A DNA stretch of 64,000 bases from NCBI GenBank assembly GCA_907165135.1, contig OU015568.1:8556001-8620000 (forward strand), written 5' to 3'. Under the pieces are notes generated by a model. That model searched no databases. It had not been told where the DNA came from and worked only from the letters and a program-made list of their open reading frames with translations. Both the position numbers and the translations under genes were made by a program. This stretch comes from Oikopleura dioica (lineage: Eukaryota > Animalia > Chordata). Positions 13,501-25,533 of the stretch are shown here, piece by piece. The first letter of the stretch is position 1, and every line of letters begins with the position of its first letter.

Positions 13501-16500
13501 AAAAAATCAACGATTAATAAAAAGCGAAAGTGGAGCTTCGTGGATGTGGTGTTTTATTAATGGCGGTCGGGGTTATTTAGTCTTTCGGATGTCCAAAGAT
13601 CACCGCGGCCGACAAAAAACGGATGACTTTTTGATTTCAAGGGCGTATCGTAAACCTTGCGGTACAGTCGGATATTTGGGCACACGCGGCCAGCCGGGTT
13701 AATTGAATTCCCACATGGATATTACTTGTTTCCCTGGTTACCCCTAGAAGATCGAAAGATACGGTTCTTAGGCTGGAGAGTTAAAAATAAGATTGAAGAA
13801 TAATATTGCGAAGAATTCTACTCAGTTGGCAATTTATGCCTTGCTATCTATTGTAGGAATAAGATTAGAGGCATATTGTTGGCCAAAACTGACAACATAC
13901 TTCCTGCAACCAAATATTTTTCGGAAGCGCTCGAGGAATCTTGCTCTACGTATGGGAAGTCGCGAGGGCTGTATTTCTATTCTAAGACGGGGCGGAATGC
14001 CAGTAGGGCCAGGTTGACACCGCAACTAGTCAGAAAAACGACAGTTGGATCCGATGAATATTTAGAAGCATCTGACCACACTTGGTGAAAAAATAATGAC
14101 TTGATTCACTCAATGTGGAAGTGCCACAGATTTAGCGACCGCAGAGGCATCAAACATTCAGCAACACAAATATCGCTGAATCGTGTCCCCTTTTGAAATA
14201 TTGACGCATTCACGCATTTGGAAGGGACGAGCCCGATCCTTCTCGCGAATAACTGTACAAACGATCAATTTTTAATTCGGAGATATCGGATGTAAGCAAA
14301 TTTTGAGACTCTTCCAAAACGATTTCGATCACTAAAAGTCCCCTTTTTGTCTCTTTTTCGGATAATTTAGCCTTGAAAATCAACAATCAAAATTCCAAAT
14401 AGGCCATAATGGCTAAAATCTGGCAAAAAATTCCCAAAACTATTGTCTAGTCGACTATTTTTAATCGATATCGTTCAGAAAGAACCTCAAAAAATTGAAT
14501 TTTCAACAAATTTTCGCCCAAAAATTAGCCACCTGATAATGATTTCGGATATCAATGATCTTAGCCGTTTCGGCGTCCGTTTAGTACCGACATGTGGAAA
14601 AATCAGCTTATTCAAATGAAAAGCTCTGAGAGGGAAAGTGCTTCGCGCAAAAGGGTATTTTGAGTAAACGCAGCCGCTAGTCGTAATCCGAAGGTGGGGA
14701 AGTTTTGTGATACGGTGCGATCCTTTCCTTTGGAAAAGAATTTGATTTCCTCTTTCTATATTATCCGTATAAACTTATACAAGCGAGCCTGCCTCTAATG
14801 CAATTTCATTGCATTTCCCGTTTTCTATTTCTACTCAATTAGTAAAAAAGAGAGAGCCTCAACCGGTGCCTCCGTCGTACCCGATTCGGGCACCTGCTGA
14901 GTTTCCCACAACTTGGCGCAAGATCAATTTGCCACGAACTAATTGCCAGCTTTCTGATCCCAAATCGGAATAAATAACCGTATACACATGTATCTATCTC
15001 GGCCCCTCCCTTACTATTTTTCAAATTGGCGTTAATTGGCCTTACATAATCAACATCTGACCTTATCAACATCTGTTTCTACAGAGAATTTCCATGAGAA
15101 AATCATCTCCTCTACTACTTTTTCGCCCTCACAATCTTCTTCAAAAAATAAGGGTATCACCGTGCTAATTCAAAGAAAAACTCATTCAAAGAAAAGTTTA
15201 GATATTCATCTCTACTCTGATGTACCGAAAATGATATTTTACTACAAAGAATATCCACTAGAACTTAATTTCCTAGTCTATTAATTCTTGAGTAATAATT
15301 GTAACAAAGATAGTAACTTCTCTACTAACTCGAGGTCGACTACGGTCATTCCTCTCCGTTGAGATTAGCTTCTGTCATCAAGTCTCTCAGCAGCGATCCG
15401 CTTCATTTTTCATAAAGTGTTAGAAAAAGAGTGTTAATGTTACTTTGACTTCCCATTTCCCGCGGATGGGCCTCCCGAAACACAGCGAGCTCCAGAGCGC
15501 TGAGTCAGAGCTATTAATAAATATTTAAAAGGTGACATTGACCCTCCTGTGTGGCTCAATACCCATGCTTCCGGTTGTGAAAAGAAGTCGATACACCCTT
15601 ATGGGCGATCGATTTTCACCTCCGGAAATTGGACAAGAAAACTAAGCTATTCCGTTAACTTTTTTAATTCAATTTCAACTGATTTTTACAGCGACTCGGG
15701 GAGGATTCTCCACGTTTGTTTTTTGAAGACGTGAGAATTTAATTTTCAGATCTAGTGGTCACCTGACTGACAGATGGTGGTAAATATTTGTCGGTTTCCG
15801 TTTTTTGATGAAAGCGTAAATTTTATTTCCTCGTCAAAACGGCGCGTTTACGGGCGCTAGTTTTGCCACTCGTAGCTGGCGATGATCTAAGGCGTCAAAA
15901 AAGCCCTCTTTTGAACTAGTAAGCTTCTTAGATGACTCAAAAACTACTAGAAACCATTTTTTTTGCCCTGAAATCTTCCTTGAAAAGTGAATTTCCCCGC
16001 GCGCGCCTTATTTTCTTCGCGTGTTTCGCCCACTGGAGTGTTTGCACTTGCCTGAGGCATGTGTGCCAAAGAGCGAAAATTCTTCTCGCTTCTCAAGTGA
16101 AAAGGAGATTGTGCATTTCCGGTCGCTCAATGCTAACAGACTTTGAATGCGCTCAAACGGAAGTACATTTTTTTCTTTCGAAAACTTTTTCAAATATATT
16201 CTCGACGGAAGTCTCGCCAGTTTCGGCGGATATTTGAAAAACGTAGATTATTTTTAGTCAAATTTTTTGGCCATTTTTAGGGTTATTCTGAGTCTCGAAA
16301 TTCTCCAAAACCTCGATCAAACTGCTAAAATTTAAATTTTCAATTAAGAAAATGAAAATTCAACGATAAAATTATGCGTAAAAATGACTCAAAAAGGCGA
16401 AAGGTACTTAACGTCCCTGCTGTTGTGTAACTTGTCGAAAACCCGTCGACATTTGTCAAAAACGGTAAGTTTACGCAGTATGGCACAATTGACTTCTCCC

Positions 16501-19500
16501 GGATTTGGAGTTTACGTCTCGACCTTCTCACGGTCAAAACCGACGGCTGAAATCCTCGTCAAAGAAGAAAGCGAAAGAAGAAAAAAGCTCAAAAAATAAT
16601 CGATATCGTTACTCTTTGCCTCCACGCGTGAGCCGTCAAATTTCCGCTAATTTGGAGCTGTAATATATATATCGATCTCCGTTGTCGTCACCTTGAATTT
16701 AAGAAAATAAGCTTCCCTGGTGAGCTGATCAAATCGGAAATTTAATTTTCCGCCGTCAATAGAGACCACTTCCGATTCTAATAACGAGCATTTCCGACGG
16801 GAAAATATTAAAACTAGCCAAATAAAAGGTCAATTAACGGTTTTTTACGATCATCAATTTGATCTTTCTTCATATAATATGAATCATATTAGGGACTTTA
16901 TCAATTAGTTATCTTTGGGTTTAGGTGATGAATTAAGGGTGTCACTATGTAAAATTTGAAGAAATTTTCCGCAAGAAAAATCGCTTTTCTTAGCGGTCAA
17001 ACCTTAAAAATGGCCCGAAAACATCGATTTAGGACGAAATTCAAGTTCTATTCTGATTGTTAAACATTTAATTGTAATTTGTAATTGTAAATTTCGGCGA
17101 AAAAAGTCGCGACGCATCCGTTGCTGTCCGATTTTGACGCATTTTCAGGGTGCGGCGTTTGGCGGTGGTGGAGGCGCCTTGCTGACGCGAGAAAAAGGAA
17201 AGTGCGATTCATAATTTCCGTCAGTGCCGCCGCACAGGTGCAAAATTATCCACCTCCGGTTCAGGCTCTAAATCCGCACATCGCGAGAAATTGCTACGTT
17301 TGGGCATGAGTTTGGACGATCCGGACGATATTTGAGCCTTTCAGCGCGAGTGGGTTAAAAAAAAATTCGAGGAAATTTTAAATTTTCCTTAGATTCAAAA
17401 TTTAGTTGAAAATTTTTAGGAAGAATTTAACCTTAAACCTTATAAAAAAAACCTTATTTTGATATTGAAACCAACTTATTTGATTGCTTTGAAAAAAAAA
17501 TGTTTACGATTGACGGATGAAAATACCCGTGTAATATCAACTTAAAAATCTTCTTTGGAAAACTCAATTGTTTCAATTGAATCTCGTCCCCCGTCCGAGC
17601 GTATGAGATGTGTCACCCTGGTCATAAAAAACCACTTGGCGGAGGTTGGTAGCCCCTGCCGCGGTGGTCCGGAAACCGGAAACCACTCGTGTCTGACGCT
17701 ATACCTGCTATATTGAAGCTCCGAAGCTTTTTTTCTCGATTTTACTTTCTTTTCTTCGACTGATGATTTTTGACGATTTCGTCGATGAAGATTTTTTACT
17801 GTTGATTTCTTATTTTTGAATCTCTGGTTTGAAAAAGGCTGGTTTTTATTTTATCTCTTTACTTCCGGTTTTGTTGAATTTTCAGAGTGATTTGGGCACT
17901 TCCGCTGTTGTTTTGGGTTTCTCGCGTACCGTCACCCTTGTTAGTTCAACATTGCCTTTAGACGGGACAGAGAAGGAAGTAAAGAATGCCCAGCGCGCGA
18001 CGCCAGAGCGCTCTCGCTATCTGCTCTCGCGCTCTACTACACCACGAAGAAGGCTCCTTTTGGGATCGCCCACCACACCACTGAGCGCGTTCTCGGTGGA
18101 GCTATAGCGAAATCGGACATCCTCAACGATCCCTTCCTCCACTACACAGCTCGCGAGCGCCCTCGGAGTAGTAACGAACGAGCAAAAAACCGAGAGAGAG
18201 GGGGAGACCAGCTGGCGACAACAGACCAACCGCGAAAATAGCCAAATGCCAATAGCAGAAAGTGGCAGCAAAAGTGGAGACGTATTAGCTAGGAAAGCAA
18301 AAACGCTAACAAGGAAATCCTGTTTGGGAAAAAGCGAAAAAAAGGACGAAACGCGCTAGAAAATGCGATAATCTGTCGCTTTTTAAATCTGCGAAAATGG
18401 TGAAATACAGGAGGTGCATGCAAATGAGCATAAAATTCACATTTTGGGCTCGAATACCGAGTTTTTACTACATCAAAATATTTTGCATTCAAGACACTTA
18501 TCAAAATCGACAGCTGATCTCTAAATCCGAGCGAAAAAAGTTCGCATGCGGCGGAATGAAGGCTTGATTAGCAATCAGTGTTTATATTTCAAGTTCTCAT
18601 GAAGACCCTTTTGCAAGTCAATACAGGTCGGTGTTATCCTTTTGAGTCCCCTTTTGGGCTCTTCAAGGGGAGGCATAAATTTGATGCTTGGGCTCTTGAA
18701 CGGCGTGAAACTTGTCTAAATAGCGCTTTGATCAGGCCGCGGGTTGACGCCCGGTGAGCTCACTCACTCTCTGCCCCAAAAAAGACCGAAAACGAAAATA
18801 TCCGTTATCAAGTACCTCCACCTTTGCGAGCCCTTGAGTTTTCTTTTTGTTGCTCAACTGCACTTCCAAAGTTGTTGCGCGCATTTTCCGTTCGAAATTG
18901 ATCCTTTTTTTTCTTGCTTCCAAAATCCTGATATTTACAGACTTCCTTGTTTTTATTGAGGGAAGAAAAGTTTCACGCACGCTGGGGTTTTAATACCTCA
19001 TAATTCGCTCATAGTATTTTTTGACAAATGCGCACGGGGCTATTCGGAAGCCCCATAAACCCTAAACCCACAAGAGAGGTTAAATATCGCCAAACCCCAG
19101 GATACCGTTTCCAAAAATAGGATTTGTAATTCAAATAATCCGACTTTGTCCACACTAGTCTTTTTCATTCAAGTTAATTTTTAAAAATATAATTTACTTT
19201 TGAATCACTAGATTGGCCAATAATAATGATCAAAAAACTCCTTTAGCCAATAAGAAGCCCCGAATTCCTAGGGCATTATTCGCATTATAACGATATATTC
19301 TCAACTGTATTTAGTAATTCTGACTAGTCAGAGCTAAACTACAGAGCATTTGATCCTTTAACACGATAAACTAATGTATTTTATGCCCTACTGATCATTT
19401 TAACCATATCATTATCTTTGGGTGAAATTGATCAAAAGATACGTCCAAGTTAGCCTGAATAGATTCCTCTTAAAATAAACCATTTGAACTCAAAGCATAA

Positions 19501-21568
19501 AGAGACCCCCTTCTCAGTTAAAATTCTTGATCGACATCGCTGATTTACTACAAGTACCTTGTAGCAGATCCTGGTTTTATAAGCCAAAATGGCTGTTATC
19601 TGTAGTAAATATCGACTCGGCGAGTTGGAGCATAAAATCCGAGCTTAGTTACAGCTCGCCAAAGATGCTGTACTGAATGGAGACGGATATCCGGCGACAA
19701 CAGGATTTCACATGAGCTTAGAGGAGGACCGTCTCGTGAGGAGGGTCGCTTCCGGAGTGCTAACTCCAAGATTACTCGAGCTCAACTAAGAATGACACAA
19801 ATACTAAACATGGTCATGGAAATTCAAGAAGTCCCTAGCGCAAGATTCTCATTTGATTTCTTCAGCGTGAAACAGAGCTCACCTTCCTGAAAGCTGAAAT
19901 ACTACAGGTGTAGTCTATTCTACAGATAAGATGTTCCATCCTATCAGACAGCGAGTCCTGGGAAAAATGTTCTCCTTATCCTAAGCTCGAGAATAGCTCG
20001 ATTTCTGTTCCAAACAGCAATCTTTACAAAGACAGATGATAAGTCAAGGCGGAAAATAGAGCCAATTGTCGCCATGAATCTTCATTTCCCACTTTGAGTA
20101 GCAGACGTACGTCCTGAAACTCGTAACCAACTAGAATTAGCGCGGCCCCGTGCCCAAACGCACACTCAAAGTGATTTATGCCGACGAAGTCAAGGTGACT
20201 GTAGTTGTGCTCAATAAAATAAAAAAAAAACTCGCGATTCGACAAAAATGCGTGTTCCACTAGAGAAGTGCTGCTGTCGGTTAATGCAGCGCGGCTGGTG
20301 GTGGATATCCGATGACAGACGGCTAATCGGAAGAAAGAAGAAACCTTGACCCCGGTCGTCGATGAGCTGCCGCACCTGCATCGCAAATCCTGTTGGCAGC
20401 TCGAAATGCCATTACTCGCAATACTTTGATGTTCACCTATTAATCCAATAATTACAAGCCGACAAAATCACACCATTTACACCTTAGATTTACTAGCAAA
20501 ACCCCACAATACCCTAACCCTCACTCTATCTAACCCTATATGCATTTTTTCGTAATTATATTAGGTCGCAAAACATGGAAAAAATGAAGAACTTCTGCTT
20601 TCAACATGGCTTTTTCGGAAAACTGTTAGGAAGACCCTTAATCAAATAATTACAAGCCGAGAAAATCACACCATTTACGCCTCGGATTTAGTAGCAACGC
20701 AACAAGCCTCTATTCGCCGAGGAAGACGAGTCTTAGCCCAGATGGAAGATCGTTTGTAAGCTGCCAAAAGACGATGTCCTGGTGGTCACCCGAGGTGCCA
20801 AAATTTATTGCGGTTCCCAACTTCAGCACCAATGCACCATTTTTAATACATATGGGAAACGCATGTGTAAAAATTCAACAAGATGTTTTTGATATTGCGG
20901 TGGATGCGCATTGACCACGAAAGCGTTTTTTTAGAATTGAGGCTCTATTCCAAAAGAGCGGATAGTCATCAATGATGCTCATTTTCAAGATTACCTTTCC
21001 AATATATTTTATTTTCGTAGCCCTAGAATATTTATCTTTCAAACCAAAAATAAGCTGCTCAGGTGTGTTTCTAGCTCTGTTTTTCCACGTGTGGCAAATG
21101 AAATTATTGCCTATCAAACTGAAATTATATACTTTCTGTGATTTTTGGTGTTTTTCACCGGGCGAGGCGCGTAAAATCAGGATCCGCCGCCCGATGATTT
21201 TGATAAATCCGGATCCAGAAAAAACGCGCCTTTGATCCTGCTGCGGTTTCAGCGCGAAACCGCCGCGAAGTAAGTACTAAATTTCGCGCGATTCCCGATT
21301 CCGAAATGTATATATAAAGTACCGCCGTTTCTCAGCCCCGTTTTCTTACCTGTCGGCTCTCTTTTTGGCTCCATCAGTTTGGTGTGCTTGTCCCAGTCTA
21401 AATTCAAGAATTTAAACAACGACCTTACATAAAATGACTGTAATTGATTGATTTATATTTTGACGTCAAAATATCGTATTTTATCAGTTCTTATTTTTTA
21501 ATTTGGATTCAATAAAACTCACCGAAGACCCCTCTCTCAGGCAAAAAGCTTTTTGTCTCCATCTTCAT
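4504..21568 (-). CDS. ERF: ETS-domain transcriptional repressor, ERF/ETV3 subfamily. Manual exons: 21523-21568, 21350-21397, 13292-13498, 7597-7757, 6484-6630, 5932-6229, 5354-5765, 5057-5261, short exon(s) in 4836-5020, 4504-4751
   Basis: Spliced translation gives [27 protein letters not shown]...[46 protein letters not shown]|[10 protein letters not shown], the ERF/ETV3 ETS signature. The downstream SP/TP-rich region contains [13 protein letters not shown] (ERF FSF ERK-docking motif). Junctions are GT-AG and phase-compatible. The ETS core (4504-7757) is secure; the three 5' exons rest on splice sites and phase only. Confidence 0.9.
11676..12580. mobile_element. Non-autonomous DNA transposon (MITE), hAT- or P-like, in an ERF intron
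   Basis: 18-bp perfect TIR CAGGGTGGCTATTTTGGA (11676-11693 / 12563-12580). Flanking direct repeat GTGTTTA on both sides (7 bp, or 8 bp if one G is shared). Internal ATCCA/CCAATT arrays. Confidence 0.85.
11966..12402. mobile_element. Second MITE nested inside the first
   Basis: Imperfect TIRs of ~55-65 bp, GGGG...ACTGAATTGTGCCGCCCTGCGCCGCCTTGCGCCGCCC, built from 10-bp subrepeats. Both ends sit in T-runs. Confidence 0.75.
17705..18050 (-). promoter_or_regulatory. Probable alternative (proximal) promoter and non-coding first exon of the ERF-like gene
   Basis: An A-rich UTR-like stretch ends in a CAG|GTATAG donor at ~17705. ETS sites lie at 17861-17869 (ACCGGAAGT), 17897-17905 and 17974-17980, with a GC/GAGA-rich block upstream. 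An in-frame ATG (MVQVALGG) is available in exon 13292-13498. Confidence 0.45.
20441..20697. repeat. Local ~59-bp imperfect direct repeat (20441-20499 and 20639-20697)
   Basis: TAATC(C/A)AATAATTACAAGCCGA(C/G)AAAATCACACCATTTAC...GATTTA.TAGCAA occurs twice. Confidence 0.75.
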
Positions 21569-21629
21569 AAATTCTCTATGTTGTAATGAAAAGATTCTCT
21601 TTTTAGTAAAATCGTAACTTTTTCGATTT

Positions 21630-21700
21630 TTGGATAGACGGAAGTGCGCCGCGCGCAAATAAGGAAACGGATTTTCCGCGTCAAAATCATCGGACAATCT
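21630..21700 (-). promoter_or_regulatory. Probable distal promoter of the ERF-like gene
   Basis: CGGAAGTG (ETS) and GCGCGCAAA (E2F-like) motifs lie just upstream of the ATG at 21568 and just downstream of the connexin polyA signal (~21801). Confidence 0.4.
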
Positions 21701-21822
21701 CTTCGTGAAATCATGAATTTGGGAAGATGGACCGATTTTTGGCAGAAATTCTCGGTTTTCAGGGCCCGGGTTTCTTCGGGGCCGAAAAGAAAGGATTCTA
21801 TTTATTTAATTTATTTAAAAAG

Positions 21823-23463
21823 CTAGTGCGAACAAAGACAACGGAGAAAATTAGGCAGCAAAAGTTGGGATGATAGTGTGTTCTTCTGGAGCATATCGGG
21901 GGTCCTAAATATCGTTGAAATCAAAGTTGGCGATCAAAAGCACTACCTTGGTGATGTCCTTGTGTCGATTTTTCCATGCTTTGACTGGGGCAGAGAGGCC
22001 GAGATTGAGAAGCTCGAAGATGGAGCAAGCAAGAGTGAAGCAAGCCAAAATGAACATGATATGAAGAACGTAGGTCTTTTCATTCGGTCTAGAGACGAAA
22101 CAGGCCGTCATGGAGAGGCATGGAGTTGCGTCGCAATAGTAAACCTAGAAGAGTGAAATTCTCTTCGTTGATTTCAATTTTTACCTTTGGCATGACAAGG
22201 TCGAAAATGTACACCTTGAAGTAGAACGAAATGAAAGCCATTTCGATGAGCGTTCTGCACAACACCTTGAAAGATTAATTTCAGTCAAGAATCGCCATAG
22301 AAAAGAAAGCTGAAACGGAAGGAAACGAAGCGACTTACCATGGAGAAATAGCCAAGGAAGAGCTTGGGCGGAGTCATATTGGACTGGTCCATGGCTTTGG
22401 TCGCCATAATCCCATCTTTGTTCAATTTCTCCTCGATTTCCGCGTTCTCGTCCAGCAGTTTCGTTTCCTCTTCAACATCCTGAAATAGAAACTCGTGACT
22501 TTCTTTAAATAGGTATTGAAATTCGAATGATTCTTCGATGACATAAGAAAGTTTAAGTCTTAGTCTACTGAATTGTGCTTCAGTCTGTCCTACGCATCCG
22601 GAGTATAGTATCCGGGACCCAGGTGTTTTTTTCCTTCAAGCTTGGGAAAAGTAGACTGTATCATACTGCTCTATCATCCTTGACAAAAAATATATCAAAT
22701 GGAAAATTAATCTAAAGATCTTCCTCTATGATTTCAATGCTTTCAATAAATAGTTTTACCTGAAGAACAAACTCCATCTGCTCAGTTTCGGCCGCGATAT
22801 GCCCATCAGTCAAAATAATCTCATCCTTGCAAGCCTTGATAAATCGTTTTTCAAAATTCAATTCGATCTTTCGTTTCTCCCGTAATTTTCCTTCAATTTC
22901 TTCCTTTCGCGCACGTGCGTCTTTGATTTCTTTCGTCTTGTGCACAACGTAAGTCATGTAGATTACTGTCGGAAGACAAACACTAACATTTGTGTAAACA
23001 GCAAGGAGGAGAGAAGATATCCTTACGTGAAGATCTGAATGGCCCAGAAAACGATGACATCGATGGGAAGGAATCTATTCGTGCACATTTCATTGCAACC
23101 AGGCATTTTTGTATCGCATTTGAGTTTTTTATCTAATAATTGATTTATCGTTAATAGACCGGATTAATGTAGTAGTCGAAGAGTTTATAAAGGATTTGCC
23201 AAAGTGTGACTCCCGAAAAATAATAGTTTGATGATTATTTTTATGTTTTTATAGTTTTTAAATTACAAATCAAGAACCCAAAATTCTACGAATCCCTTGT
23301 TCTGCTTCTTCTCCTTTGATTTACCTTTGAAAGTGTTGTCGACAATCGAAACAAGAAATAACAGCCTGAAAACATCGAAAAAAGTGTTATAAAATTTCCC
23401 AGCCCAGGTCGAATGCTTCCCAGCTTCGCTGATAAACCCTTCTACGGCATGCCAGCCTCCCAT
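21823..23463 (-). CDS. Connexin (gap junction protein), 7 coding exons
   Basis: N-terminus MGGWHAVEGFISEAGKHSTWAGK. EL1 CDTKMPGCNEMC (CX6CX3C), EL2 CDATPCLSMTACFVSRPNEKT (CX4CX5C), four hydrophobic segments. GT-AG junctions are in phase. Confidence 0.95.
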
Positions 23464-23842
23464 CTTGTTCCGCTTTTTCTTCGCTCAAAGATCTGGTTTT
23501 CTCTCTTCGCAAGTCTCTTTTTTTCCTTCCGCGTTTTTCAAAAAATCGTGGATTCTTTATTTCACGTTCAATGCGCTGCGATACTGTTTGAATAGAGTTA
23601 ATGTTTAACTGCTTCTTTGATAAAATCAAGTGGTCTGTATTTGAGAAGTGATTCAGAATCATGGGCACGCGTCGTAGTCTGTCGTAAATTATCATTTTTT
23701 AGCAAGCGAATTTTATTCGGTCTCCATATTTCATTTTTGTACAATTTTATGGACGGCTAGAAGCAAAACAGTAAAACATCGAGGATTGGAAAGTACAGAG
23801 CAGGATTTCTCAAGCTTTCAAAAGTGAAAGTTTTCTGAATAT

Positions 23843-25100
23843 TCATTTGTCAGTGTTTTCCTTCTTCCCTCTTCGCTCATTTGAAAGAACTCTTCTCTGC
23901 CGCTCTACGTATCGTTTCGTACCATGGCTAGAAATAAATGAGGAGAAAATCGAAGAGGTTTACCGTTGGGTAGTTGAGCGAATCACAACAGCTGCTGGAG
24001 TTGTTGAAACAAGAAGTTCTTGGTCAACTCCACTAGATTTTTTCTTCTTTGGAGCTTGATTTTCCTGATCGGGCGGAGATGTTCGCGGGTGGAACTCGAC
24101 GAGGAACTTCGATTTGAAATAGAGGCTCTTGTATTTCGTTCTCGTATAGAAACCATAAAAGTTAATAAATCTTTTAGATGTTGTATAGTTTTAATGAACG
24201 ACATTCAGCACGTCACACAACTTTCATTATTATCGACAAATTCCTCGAAATCGCACATTATAATGTTCAAAAAACTTAATATATTAAACGATTCCTTCAA
24301 CTTTTAGACTTCTAGCGGAATCAGGAATCGCACCTTCCGAAAAATCCGTGTCTCCAGGAAGACCGTAATCAGCGTAGTCAAATTCAAGCTTGTCCAGATC
24401 GTCCTCAGCTAAAATCGCGTCTTCCTGAAAAGCACTTTCTTCGAGGTAATATTCGTCCTGTTGCATTCGCCCGCTGATCTCCATCAGCCGTTCTTTTTGG
24501 TTCTTCTGAAGACGCAAGAAAGCTCGGGAAAACTGCTTCATCGTCGTATCACTAGAATTTTATCAACTAAAATAGTCTTTTTTTCTGATTCTTACCGAAG
24601 GCGAATGAAATGCTTGAATCGTTTACACTGGGAAAGCTGCTTTTTGATCAACTTCGTAAGCGATTTATTGACTCCTGCCAGTTCTTCTAGGGGATTCTGC
24701 GGACCAAAGGAAGATCGAACATTTTCCGCGAGTTCCGGAGATATCAACTTTTCCATCACCCCAACGTCAATCGATTCCATTCGGCGTTTCTGTTCCTTGG
24801 GTTTTGGGTGTTCTCTGCACTGCTGCATCTTGCCGACCATTTGTTTTCTCAGCTTTTCGCTCATTTTTCGCAAATTTTCCTTTTGCAAAATTAGTACTGA
24901 ATATTCTCTATCGCCTCCCAAAGTACCTGCTTTGCATATTTCACAGCATAAAGATTTGTCCATGAATTCAGCCTATCAACTGCATCCAAAACATCATCAA
25001 TCGCGTCATTATCCGCTGCTCTTTCTCGTCTTTTCTCAATTCTAGCGAAGCAAAAAGAAACCTGGAAAACAAAAAGGAGTTTCATTTTCGCTTTTTTCAT
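23843..25100 (-). CDS. Uncharacterised secreted protein with a helical two-Cys module and an acidic tail
   Basis: Signal-peptide-like MKLLFVFQVSFCFA. ORF pieces 24891-25100, 24592-24963 and 24284-24541 are joined by short GT-AG introns. The 3' exons are tentative. Confidence 0.55.
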
Positions 25101-25533
25101 AAAACTGTTTCGCCAAAAATGCGCAGCTTTATAAAGATTAGCAAAAAGGTTAGCCTAGTCATTTATGTGGGTCTTTATCTAATATCAATGTCGTGGAAAA
25201 GGCGAGAAATCAGAAAAAGGCCAAAGGATATTTCTAGCGCAAGCGCTTGGAATCTGTTTTCGCAATTTCTGCGTAAAATTACGTTTTTCATGGCCATGAA
25301 CTTCCAAAATATTCTCAAAAGCTCACAGAATAACAAAGATTGAACCAGTATCAAGTTGATATCGAAATAACTCCGCTGGTTACAGGAAACAAAACGATCA
25401 CTGTGGCCTACTCATGAAGATTCGGCGCCTATTCGTAAGATGATAACATTTTGCACGTTTGGTCTATCCTCATTCGACCATTTTCGCTCGTTCACATCAT
25501 TAGGATAACACGAAAAGGCAAAAAAAAAAGAGA

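Noticed and set aside
20024-20430. GC-richer coding-like patch
   Set aside because: Stops in the plausible frames and no recognisable family.
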